From an uncultured virus (IMG/VR IMGVR_UViG_3300044619_001509) (taxonomy: Duplodnaviria > Heunggongvirae > Uroviricota > Caudoviricetes), in IMG/VR virus record IMGVR_UViG_3300044619_001509: a stretch of 64,000 nt of DNA; one strand, 5' to 3'. Numbering within the stretch: the first letter of the stretch is position 1; every line of letters begins with the position of its first letter. The translations under genes and the position numbers were made by a program. A model generated the notes under the pieces. That model ran no database searches. It saw only the letters and a list, made by a program, of their open reading frames with translations, and was not told where the DNA came from. Below, in pieces: positions 25,044-32,654 of this stretch.

Positions 25044-25402
25044 AAGTATTATTTGTTGATGATGATTGCAACAGGTGGAATAGATTCAAACAAAACAATC
25101 CAACCATAGATGCAGAACGAGTAAAATTTGTAGAAGATGCTACAAATATTTTAAGCAAACAAAAGTTTGATATTCTATGCTTGGATCACGATATGGACGA
25201 TCCTCCGTTTCGTTTATGGTTGCCCAACGGAACCGACCTTGCAAAATACATTGTTGAGAATAAAATAGAATGTAAGATGATATTTCTTCATAGTATGAAC
25301 GACGAGGGAAGAGCAAGAATGCTTGACATCCTCACCAAGGCAGGATATAATGTCGTAGATAATCCCCTATTGTGGGAGAAAGACATTAAACAATGGATGT
25401 AA
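25040..25402 (+). CDS. Cyclic-phosphate-processing receiver (cREC) domain protein
   Basis: LFVDDD..R, CLDHDM, GxD, IFLHSMN..G motifs. Confidence 0.8.
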   Translation: MKVLFVDDDCNRWNRFKQNNPTIDAERVKFVEDATNILSKQKFDILCLDHDMDDPPFRLWLPNGTDLAKYIVENKIECKMIFLHSMNDEGRARMLDILTKAGYNVVDNPLLWEKDIKQWM

Positions 25403-25644
25403 AAACAGGAAAACAATTTGGGACATTGCTAATTATACTGGGATGTGGTCTATCCGTTTTTCTAGTAATTTTTGCAATTTATGATGACACTCGACCAAAA
25501 AACACTATAACCACAGGAAACATTCTTGGTGGCATTGACATGGGTACATTGACCATCAAGAAATACGACATCAACCGCACTGTTTATATTGATGAAAATG
25601 GCAAAGAAGTAATGGTAATTGACGAAACTTTGGAGATTAAATAA
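25393..25644 (+). CDS. Membrane-anchored hypothetical protein
   Basis: N-terminal TM segment. Confidence 0.65.
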   Translation: MDVKTGKQFGTLLIILGCGLSVFLVIFAIYDDTRPKNTITTGNILGGIDMGTLTIKKYDINRTVYIDENGKEVMVIDETLEIK

Positions 25645-25669
25645 TGGATATGAAAGATAAGGTTTAAGT

Positions 25670-26074
25670 ATGTCACATAGCAAAGAAGATTTGGTTGGAT
25701 TGGCAGTTTTAATTGGTGCAGGATTTCTTGTATTGTCTGGTTGTATAGGTGGTTGTGCCTATGTCCTTCCTAAGTACAGGGTTTGGGAGAGAGAGCAACA
25801 GGGTCTAGCAGAACTTGCACAAGCAGATGGCAACCGCAAGATCACCATCCTTGAAGCAAAGGCAAAGTTGGAATCGGCAGAGGCTCTAGCATCGGCTGAG
25901 ATCGCCCGTGCAAAGGGCGTAGCAGAGGCTAACCGAATCATTGGTGAGTCCCTTAAGAACAACGAGTCATATCTCCGCTACCTTTGGATTCAAAACCTTG
26001 AGAATGGAAACAACGCCGTAATCTATGTTCCCACGGAAACCAATCTTCCTATCTTGGAGGCTGGTAAGCGATGA
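25670..26074 (+). CDS. Membrane protein, SPFH/prohibitin coiled-coil-like
   Basis: PxYRVW..G.AELA, ARAKGVAEANRIIG, IYVPTE.NLPILEAG. Confidence 0.75.
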   Translation: MSHSKEDLVGLAVLIGAGFLVLSGCIGGCAYVLPKYRVWEREQQGLAELAQADGNRKITILEAKAKLESAEALASAEIARAKGVAEANRIIGESLKNNESYLRYLWIQNLENGNNAVIYVPTETNLPILEAGKR

Positions 26075-26811
26075 CAGAAAAACAGATTGATGATCTGATT
26101 AAAGATTATACAAGGTGGGGGTATGATACTTTTGTTGAAGTAATTAACCAACTCCGTAATCAAAGAGACGATGCTCGTCGTGAAGTCTGTGTCTATGAAG
26201 CAATCGAACACAATCGTGGAAAGATGGTTCAGACTGATGATATTGCAGAGGAGAGGGGATGGCAATATCTTTACGACAAAGATGTTATTCCTTCTACCCA
26301 AGGATGTAATAGTGATGATGTGTGTCCATTCTGTACAAAGATGACAAATTCGTTTGCTGCGAATCCTTCGGACTGGGCAGTGACCCTGCCGATTGACGGA
26401 AACGGCAGGACCAACAAATGTCATGTCGGATGCGTGATGCAGAAGATTAACGCGGCGAACTCAGTGGCTTTGGCTAGGTTGGATGCTTTGAAGACGGTGC
26501 AAGACATCGGTCAGGAGATTGATCCTGCCCACGACAACCTTGCGCTCACTCCGCAGCCGATCTCCACAGCCCCGAAGGACGAAACCCCGATCCTCGTATG
26601 GGACAGGGAGTGGAACGCATGGGTGGCGGCGAGGTGGCTTGACGGCAGTTGGTACGGCGACCATGAGCGTTTGTGGAAAGGCAACTGTCTAGACAAAGGA
26701 AACCCACAATGGTGGCTTCCGATGCCACCTGAGCCTACCAAGATGCTCAATGGCATCGTCGTGAACAAGGGCAAGGCAGTCCCGCCGAAGTATGAATTGG
26801 ATGACGAATGA
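26071..26811 (+). CDS. Mosaic protein: RDEARR module plus DUF551-like domain
   Basis: PISTAPKD.TPILVW ... WWLPMPPEP. Confidence 0.75.
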   Translation: MTEKQIDDLIKDYTRWGYDTFVEVINQLRNQRDDARREVCVYEAIEHNRGKMVQTDDIAEERGWQYLYDKDVIPSTQGCNSDDVCPFCTKMTNSFAANPSDWAVTLPIDGNGRTNKCHVGCVMQKINAANSVALARLDALKTVQDIGQEIDPAHDNLALTPQPISTAPKDETPILVWDREWNAWVAARWLDGSWYGDHERLWKGNCLDKGNPQWWLPMPPEPTKMLNGIVVNKGKAVPPKYELDDE

Positions 26812-27068
26812 GTCGCATAAATGAAACGGTATGTCGGTATGATTCCAACGGAAACATCGTGTACATCAAGGAAACCGATGAATCGGGCGACATTCACGAA
26901 AGGTGGTATATTGTCATTATGCCAATCATGGGATCCTTGCTTGGCATGATGATTGGGCGGTACACTTATTCGGATGGCAGGGTTCTTTACTTCAACAAAA
27001 ACGGAACGCAAACCACGAAAGAGGAGTGGGAAAAAGAGTTAAAGGAATGGGAGGACCACCAGCAATGA
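26808..27068 (+). CDS. YD-like repeat protein (outlying family member)
   Basis: RYDSNGNIVYIK. Confidence 0.65.
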   Translation: MSRINETVCRYDSNGNIVYIKETDESGDIHERWYIVIMPIMGSLLGMMIGRYTYSDGRVLYFNKNGTQTTKEEWEKELKEWEDHQQ

Positions 27069-27292
27069 ATGAAACTATAAAGAAAATTGACGCTTATCTT
27101 GAGCAATTTGTAGGTTCCACGATGGAACAGATTATTATGCAGGAAGCGAAGAGGGAGATTGAGAAATTGATCAAGGAGCGCGACGAGGCGCGGCGGGAGT
27201 TGTGCCAAGCAACTGCGTTTGGTAGGCACGACAGCGCAAAGGACGCAGCCGCATATCGCGGCTGGGACTGCTTCAAGGAGGAAGACGAGTGA
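27065..27292 (+). CDS. RDEARR-module protein
   Basis: ERDEARRELC...RGWDCFKE. Confidence 0.75.
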   Translation: MNETIKKIDAYLEQFVGSTMEQIIMQEAKREIEKLIKERDEARRELCQATAFGRHDSAKDAAAYRGWDCFKEEDE

Positions 27293-27585
27293 GCGACACA
27301 CCGAGGACGGATGAAGAGATGAAGCGCATCATTTCCGAGTTTGATGGGGTCGAGGATGATGTCTACTACGCCATGGATCAGATGGGTAAGCACGCCCGCG
27401 AACTGGAGCGTGAACTAGCGCAACGCACCGCCGAGCGCGACGAGGCGCGGCGCAGAATTTGCAACGACTCCCTTAGAATGGGTCGTGTGTTCCGTAGAAT
27501 CGAAGGGCAGAATGTTGAGTGCAGCACACCACAGGATGTGGCTGAAATGATGGGATGGGATTGCTTCAAGGAGAATAACAAATGA
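27289..27585 (+). CDS. MSDTPRTD/RDEARR-module protein
   Basis: ARELEREL; ERDEARRRIC...GWDCFKE. Confidence 0.75.
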   Translation: MSDTPRTDEEMKRIISEFDGVEDDVYYAMDQMGKHARELERELAQRTAERDEARRRICNDSLRMGRVFRRIEGQNVECSTPQDVAEMMGWDCFKENNK

Positions 27586-28016
27586 ATGAGAATCAACGGA
27601 CGCTACTTGAGGAATGTTGCACACAACTGGAGTCAGGCTACCATGTGATATGGAAGCCAGAGGCCCGCGAGGATATCGCAGCCACGATCCGTGCGCTGCT
27701 CAAAGAGTGTGACGAAGCCAACAATAAATACAATGAACTCGTAAAGAGTCCTGTTCTTGCATTTGTCAAGAACAAGTGGTTATCTAATGCCACAAGCATT
27801 GAACTGGTTTTTACGCATGAGTTTATGCAAGAATGTCCTGATGTTCTTGTAAAGCAGATCGCAGCAGATATCAAACACGCAATGATGACTGAAATGAATA
27901 AGAGTTCAACGACAGCAGAATGGACTCCTGTTCGCTTTGGTTCTTCTGTGAAGAAGACAATGGACAAGTATGAACCCATTATGAAAAAGATTGCGGAATT
28001 GGATGGTGAAAAATGA
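27582..28016 (+). CDS. Hypothetical protein
   Basis: ATGA overlap; RBS. Confidence 0.7.
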   Translation: MNENQRTLLEECCTQLESGYHVIWKPEAREDIAATIRALLKECDEANNKYNELVKSPVLAFVKNKWLSNATSIELVFTHEFMQECPDVLVKQIAADIKHAMMTEMNKSSTTAEWTPVRFGSSVKKTMDKYEPIMKKIAELDGEK

Positions 28017-28537
28017 CAGACAAACTAACAATACAAGAATATGAATTTGTTCCTCCTAGCAGGACATACATGTATTATCATAGATTATATGATTTTGAAA
28101 AATATCCATCGGAATATTGGAGTGCGCCTGGTGGTGTTTGTAAGGATCTTGTTGATCAAACAATAAAGTATTATTGGGGACTTTATGGTGATAGTAATAA
28201 AAAAATTATACCAAAAGAATTTTTAGAATATGATCCATCGTCTGAGTTTGCACGGTCATTTGGAGCGGCAGCAAATGCAGTCATAAGAAATCCTGTTGAT
28301 CTTTTGCGCTTTGATACTGAACGATATAGAGATCAGAGAGATGATTTGCTTGGGGAGATTCAAAGACTTAGAGGAGAAGTCTATTATATGAAACTTCAGA
28401 GAGATGAAGCACGGCAAGAAGCGTGTAAAAGCGAAGCGGCATATCAACAAAAGGCAGATGGTATACCGTATGATCCCCTTCGAATTGCCAAATCTCGTAA
28501 ATGGAATTGTTTTGAAACTACAAAGGATCAAAAATGA
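28013..28537 (+). CDS. RDEARR-module protein
   Basis: QRDEARQEAC...KWNCFE. Confidence 0.75.
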   Translation: MTDKLTIQEYEFVPPSRTYMYYHRLYDFEKYPSEYWSAPGGVCKDLVDQTIKYYWGLYGDSNKKIIPKEFLEYDPSSEFARSFGAAANAVIRNPVDLLRFDTERYRDQRDDLLGEIQRLRGEVYYMKLQRDEARQEACKSEAAYQQKADGIPYDPLRIAKSRKWNCFETTKDQK

Positions 28538-28725
28538 CAGACAAAGATAAAATTGAAATGTTGGAAAAAACAGTGGCGGAATTAAAGATTCTGTTGGATC
28601 ATTATCGGACTATTACTGCTCAGTATGAGAAGTTGTCGAAACCGACATATATTCCTTATACTGAACCATCTCCTTTAAGTGGACCATATAACCCACCTTA
28701 TTCTAATTTTAGTATACCCTGCTAA
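28534..28725 (+). CDS. Small hypothetical protein
   Basis: ATGA overlap. Confidence 0.65.
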   Translation: MTDKDKIEMLEKTVAELKILLDHYRTITAQYEKLSKPTYIPYTEPSPLSGPYNPPYSNFSIPC

Positions 28726-28739
28726 AATACTAGTAGGGC

Positions 28740-28767
28740 TTGACTTCACGGCAGAAAGTGGTATACT
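28740..28767 (+). promoter_or_regulatory. sigma70-type promoter of the main tRNA array
   Basis: TTGACT-16-TATACT. Confidence 0.8.
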
Positions 28768-28792
28768 GGTCTGAGTCAGAGGAGATACATAT

Positions 28793-28882
28793 ATGAGTAG
28801 AAAGACTGCACATCGAAAGTTTAAGCGAAGGCGTAAGATGGGTTCTAAGAAAAGAGCCGCGCGAAAACTAAATCACAAGTAA
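28793..28882 (+). CDS. 29-aa basic peptide MSRKTAHRKFKRRRKMGSKKRAARKLNHK, bS22/mS38-like (not in the ORF track)
   Basis: AGGAGA RBS; first cistron after the promoter; KRRRKMxxKKR pattern. Confidence 0.65.
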   Translation: MSRKTAHRKFKRRRKMGSKKRAARKLNHK

Positions 28883-28889
28883 AGTTGAA

Positions 28890-28960
28890 TACCCCGTGGT
28901 GAAACGGTATCACAGGAGACTTTGGATCTCTTTTTCCTAGTTCGAATCTAGGCGGGGTAG
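28890..28960 (+). tRNA. tRNA-Gln(TTG)
   Basis: Cloverleaf. Confidence 0.95.
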
Positions 28961-28968
28961 TTAGATAT

Positions 28969-29041
28969 GGCACGGTAGACCAAAGGCAGAGTCGATAGAC
29001 TTAAAATCTGTGTAGTGTGGGTTCGAATCCCACCCGTGCTA
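28969..29041 (+). tRNA. tRNA-Leu(TAA), short variable loop
   Basis: Cloverleaf; CTTAAAA loop. Confidence 0.9.
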
Positions 29042-29045
29042 CTAT

Positions 29046-29119
29046 GGCGAAGTAGCCCAATGGCAGGAGGCGATTGATTCAAAATCAATACAGTGTGGGT
29101 TCGACCCCCACCTTCGCTA
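29046..29119 (+). tRNA. tRNA-Leu(CAA), short variable loop
   Basis: Cloverleaf; TTCAAAA loop. Confidence 0.9.
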
Positions 29120-29124
29120 CTTAT

Positions 29125-29211
29125 GGATAGGTGTCCGAGCGGTTTAAGGATCTAGTCTTGAAAACTAGCGTGGCCTCAAAACCACCGTGAGTTCGAATCT
29201 CACCCTATCCT
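29125..29211 (+). tRNA. tRNA-Ser(TGA)
   Basis: Cloverleaf with long variable arm. Confidence 0.95.
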
Positions 29212-29213
29212 CT

Positions 29214-29286
29214 GTGACTGTAGCACAACTGGAAGTGCAGGAGATTGTGAGTCTCCCCGTTGCGGGTTCGAATCCCGTCAGTCACC
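29214..29286 (+). tRNA. tRNA-His(GTG)
   Basis: Cloverleaf; C73; T rather than G at position -1. Confidence 0.92.
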
Positions 29287-29300
29287 CTTATAAATAAAGA

Positions 29301-29412
29301 GCTTGTAATGACACCCATTACACGGAGGGGCGCGTTAATCCGTAGAAGAACGCGAAGGGGAGTAGACGGACGCTTGCGGTTCAGCAAGAAGGTCAGACGA
29401 AACCCGACATTT
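29301..29412 (+). ncRNA. Candidate pseudoknotted ncRNA within the tRNA array
   Basis: Follows TATAAATA; hairpins TGTAATG/CATTACA, CGCGTT/AACGCG and CTTGC/GCAAG; loop TCCGT is complementary to ACGGA. Confidence 0.5.
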
Positions 29413-29413
29413 C

Positions 29414-29486
29414 ACTCCCTTAACTCAGCGGCTAGAGTGTCTGCTTTACACGCAGAAAGTCGTAGGTTCGAATCCTATAGGGAGTA
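29414..29486 (+). tRNA. tRNA-Val(TAC)
   Basis: Cloverleaf. Confidence 0.95.
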
Positions 29487-29489
29487 TTT

Positions 29490-29560
29490 GCAGGTATGAT
29501 GTAGTGGTAACATAAGAGTTTTCCAAACTTTTCTCATGGGTTCGAATCCCTTTACCTGCA
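29490..29560 (+). tRNA. tRNA-Gly(TCC)
   Basis: Cloverleaf. Confidence 0.9.
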
Positions 29561-29564
29561 CTAT

Positions 29565-29638
29565 GGTCGGATGCCAGAGTGGCCTAATGGGGTGGATTGC
29601 AAATCCACTATTCAAAGGTTCAAATCCTTTTCCGATCT
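29565..29638 (+). tRNA. tRNA-Cys(GCA)
   Basis: Cloverleaf. Confidence 0.93.
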
Positions 29639-29645
29639 TTATTTT

Positions 29646-29716
29646 GTGGATTGAGTAGGTTGGTAATACATGACGCTCATAATGTCAAAGGCTTGGTTCG
29701 ATTCCAAGAGTCCACA
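29646..29716 (+). tRNA. tRNA with CAT anticodon (Met or Ile2)
   Basis: GTGGATT/AGTCCAC acceptor stem; TGACG-CTCATAA-TGTCA. Confidence 0.85.
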
Positions 29717-29721
29717 TTTTT

Positions 29722-29887
29722 GCTCAGTAAAGGCAGGAGCCGACTTAAACTTCGTATATCCAGGCCTTATAGGATCGTCGGTTGCAAACGGCGATTGAAT
29801 TGGTAGTTTCTCTCTAATTAAAAGACGGGCAACTCCGTAGGAGTTGGGAGAAACAAGTCCTTATGGGTGCAAGTCCCAGACTGTGCT
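29722..29887 (+). ncRNA. Enlarged tRNA-like RNA (acceptor stem and T-arm around a ~130-nt structured domain)
   Basis: GCTCAGT/ACTGTGC acceptor-like stem; TGGG-TGCAAGT-CCCA T-arm; internal stems GCCGAC/GTCGGT, GTTTCTCTC/GGGAGAAAC and AACTCC/GGAGTT. Confidence 0.7.
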
Positions 29888-29894
29888 TTATTAT

Positions 29895-29966
29895 GTGGCA
29901 ATAGCTCAGTAGGTAGAGCAGTAGACTGAAGATCTACCCGCAAAGGTTCAATTCCTTTTTGTCACA
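29895..29966 (+). tRNA. tRNA-Phe(GAA)
   Basis: Cloverleaf. Confidence 0.93.
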
Positions 29967-29969
29967 CTT

Positions 29970-30043
29970 GACCTCGTAGCACAATTGGATAATGCATCTG
30001 TCTACGAAGCAGAATATTATAGGTTCGAATCCTATCGGGGTCG
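29970..30043 (+). tRNA. tRNA-Arg(ACG)
   Basis: Cloverleaf. Confidence 0.93.
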
Positions 30044-30048
30044 TTAGT

Positions 30049-30124
30049 GGTTCTGTGGCGCAACTGGATTTAGCGCAATAGCTTGTCACGCTATAGGTTA
30101 CGGGTTCGAGCCCCGTCAGAATCG
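30049..30124 (+). tRNA. tRNA-Asp(GTC)
   Basis: Cloverleaf. Confidence 0.95.
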
Positions 30125-30125
30125 T

Positions 30126-30199
30126 TGGATTGTAGCTCAGTTGGTCAGAGCATTCCGTTGATAATGGAAAGGTCGTCGGTTCGATTCCGACCAGTCCTA
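30126..30199 (+). tRNA. tRNA-Ile(GAT)
   Basis: Cloverleaf; 1:72 mismatch. Confidence 0.92.
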
Positions 30200-30219
30200 T
30201 TTTTAGAGGAGTTTAAATT

Positions 30220-30513
30220 ATGCAAACAGCAGTAGTTATTTTAAGTGTTATTACTTTTGTGCTTGTAGTGATATGTGCGATTTTTTTGGATATAAACAGT
30301 AATTATAGAAAAGAAAAGAAACGAAAAAATGAGCAGGACGAAGAACTGCGAATTCTTCGATTGCAAGACGATATTCGTCATCTTAAAAAAGAAATCGAAT
30401 CTATTCGTATGGCAGATATGATAGATTATAATAAACTTCTTGGGGAAATTCAAAGCGTTGTTAATTTTACCAAAGACAATTTTGTAGAGAAGAAGAAAAA
30501 GACAACTAAATGA
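30220..30513 (+). CDS. Membrane-anchored coiled-coil protein
   Basis: N-terminal TM segment; GAGGAG RBS. Confidence 0.75.
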   Translation: MQTAVVILSVITFVLVVICAIFLDINSNYRKEKKRKNEQDEELRILRLQDDIRHLKKEIESIRMADMIDYNKLLGEIQSVVNFTKDNFVEKKKKTTK

Positions 30514-30533
30514 TGCCTTTAAAGGAACATAAC

Positions 30534-30878
30534 ATGAATACTAAAGATGTTTTTAATATGGAAAGTAAAAGACGCACAGGTCGTACCACAAGAATGCTTA
30601 TTCAAGCCTTGAAATATGCAAGTGAAGGTAAGAAAGTTTTGGTTATTGGGGCAAATATGGTAATGACCAAAAATCTTGAGAATCAAGTTCAGCAACTGAA
30701 TTATTTCCCTAATAAGATTAAATTCATGTCACTGCATGAAGCATTAAATTTTAGGGTTTTTGAATTTAATTTTCCTACCCTAGATTATGACGAAGTTCTG
30801 ATTGATCATTATGCTATTGAGTCGTCTACTACCTTTAAGAAAATGCTATGGGAGATGAATAGGTTCGATGCACCGTAA
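30534..30878 (+). CDS. Small P-loop-like protein
   Basis: RRTGRTT Walker-A-like and VLIDH Walker-B-like motifs. Confidence 0.65.
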   Translation: MNTKDVFNMESKRRTGRTTRMLIQALKYASEGKKVLVIGANMVMTKNLENQVQQLNYFPNKIKFMSLHEALNFRVFEFNFPTLDYDEVLIDHYAIESSTTFKKMLWEMNRFDAP

Positions 30879-30939
30879 TGTTTACATAACCAGTGATTCA
30901 CATTTTGTTCGTGTAAAAACAACTAAATAATTTACTATT

Positions 30940-31013
30940 GAAAGTGTAGCCCAACTGGCAGAGGCCCTAGATTTAGGATCTAGTTGTTGGTGGTTCGACT
31001 CCACTCACTTTCA
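30940..31013 (+). tRNA. tRNA-Leu(TAG), short variable loop
   Basis: Cloverleaf. Confidence 0.9.
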
Positions 31014-31021
31014 CTTTATAT

Positions 31022-31105
31022 GTGCGGATATGCCTAGCAGCGAAGGCAGGAGTCTGTAAAACTCCCACATCAGAAACACCGTAGGTGCGAGTCCTACTTC
31101 GCACA
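31022..31105 (+). tRNA. tRNA-Tyr(GTA)
   Basis: Cloverleaf; long variable region; TGCGAGT T-loop. Confidence 0.9.
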
Positions 31106-31140
31106 CTTGACTTGTTAGGCCGACATGGTATAATGGTTCT

Positions 31141-31758
31141 ATGACTGCACCAGGCACAAAACCCCCACCGAACAGAAATGTTTTCATCGTGAGTGATACT
31201 CACTTTGGGCATCCTAATATTGTAAAGTTTACTGCCAACGGAGAAAAACTTCGTCCGTTTGAAAACTTTCAAGATCATGATGAGGCATTGGTTGCAAACT
31301 GGAATTCTGTGGTAAAACCTTACGATAAAGTTTATCATCTTGGTGATGTGTGTATGGGCAAAAAGTCTTTGTCTATTCTTGAAAGATTGAATGGTAAGAA
31401 AGTTCTTATTCGTGGTAATCACGATATTTTTGATCTGAAGGAATACTCTAAATACTTTTACGATATTCGTTCTTGTCATGTTTTGAATGGTTGTTTGTTT
31501 ACACATATTCCTGTTCATGCGTCTTGTCTCGAAAAGTTTGGATGCAATGTTCATGGACATACTCATGCAAATCATGTAAAGAAAATTTCTGATATCGGTG
31601 GATTGGAAAAGGATCCATCATATCTAAATGTGTGTGTTGAACATACAAATTATACTCCAATACTTCTTGATGAAGTTTTTGATCGAATCACAAAGCAAGG
31701 TGGAACGGTCGGATTTACTAAACGAAGATTGGAAGATGATTTGTGGATGGGTCTATAG
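31141..31758 (+). CDS. Calcineurin-like metallophosphoesterase
   Basis: SDTHFGH, HLGD, RGNHD, NVHGHTH. Confidence 0.92.
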   Translation: MTAPGTKPPPNRNVFIVSDTHFGHPNIVKFTANGEKLRPFENFQDHDEALVANWNSVVKPYDKVYHLGDVCMGKKSLSILERLNGKKVLIRGNHDIFDLKEYSKYFYDIRSCHVLNGCLFTHIPVHASCLEKFGCNVHGHTHANHVKKISDIGGLEKDPSYLNVCVEHTNYTPILLDEVFDRITKQGGTVGFTKRRLEDDLWMGL

Positions 31759-31821
31759 CTCAATTGGGAGAGCATTGCCTTTGCAAGGCAAGGGTTAGGG
31801 GTTCAAATCCCCTTGGATCCA
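31749..31821 (+). tRNA. tRNA-Ala(TGC)
   Basis: Cloverleaf; G3:U70; overlaps the upstream stop codon. Confidence 0.95.
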
Positions 31822-31828
31822 CTTTTAT

Positions 31829-31901
31829 TTTCCGATAGCTCAGTTGGTAGAGCGCGAAGCTGTTAACTTCGATGTCACTGGTTCGAACCCAGTTCGGAAA
31901 G
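31829..31901 (+). tRNA. tRNA-Asn(GTT)
   Basis: Cloverleaf. Confidence 0.95.
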
Positions 31902-31903
31902 TT

Positions 31904-32218
31904 ATGCCGATTGAGTATGAAATGAAACATCTTTTTGATGTCACCAAGAATGCAATTTTAAAATATTCTGAAAACCATTATGCTGCTGAATGGTATATTG
32001 GTATTGAGTATATTGTACTTCGTGATGTTCTAAATAATAATGAAACATTACTCAATGAAATTTTTAAACCATATGAATTGATTGTGATGCGAGAATTGAT
32101 TCATAGAGGATTGTGGTTGAAATGGTGTGACAAGACAAATCAAGTTGTTTTATCTAGAGATCCAATTCACAAAAATCTTTCTGATGATACAAAACCAATT
32201 CCGCAGGGAGCAGATTAA
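31904..32218 (+). CDS. Hypothetical protein (YSE..YAAEW..GIEY)
   Basis: ORF after a tRNA; start reassigned. Confidence 0.7.
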   Translation: MPIEYEMKHLFDVTKNAILKYSENHYAAEWYIGIEYIVLRDVLNNNETLLNEIFKPYELIVMRELIHRGLWLKWCDKTNQVVLSRDPIHKNLSDDTKPIPQGAD

Positions 32219-32652
32219 TGAATAAAATTGTTTTGGTTACGGGTGGGTTTGATCCGATCCATAGCGGCCACATTGCTTATCTAAAAGAAGCAAAAAAACT
32301 AGGAGATATGCTTGTAGTTGGAGTTAACTCTGATGAATGGTTAATTCGTAAGAAAGGAAAGTTTTTCTTACCCTATCACGAAAGACGCACCATCATTCAA
32401 AACATTAAGGGTGTGGATGCTGTTATTGGTTTTAATGATGATGATGAAACGGCAAAGGATGCTATAGTCAAGGTTCGTGAATTTAATCCCTATAGCGAAA
32501 TTATTTTTGCCAATGGTGGAGATCGCACCAAAGAAAATATTCCTGAAATGGATATCGTGGATGATAATCTTTCTTTTGTTTTTGGTGTTGGTGGTGAACA
32601 TAAAATGAATTCTTCAAGTTGGATTTTGAGTAATTGGGAAAATACTAAATAA
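32218..32652 (+). CDS. Cytidylyltransferase (TagD/RfaE-like HxGH nucleotidyltransferase)
   Basis: TGGFDPIHSGH, VGVNSD, FANGGDR. Confidence 0.92.
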   Translation: MNKIVLVTGGFDPIHSGHIAYLKEAKKLGDMLVVGVNSDEWLIRKKGKFFLPYHERRTIIQNIKGVDAVIGFNDDDETAKDAIVKVREFNPYSEIIFANGGDRTKENIPEMDIVDDNLSFVFGVGGEHKMNSSSWILSNWENTK

Positions 32653-32654
32653 TA

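Noticed and set aside
29260..29806. ORFs 29260..29499 and 29597..29806 (also 20790..21065)
   Set aside because: They overlap tRNA genes and are spurious.
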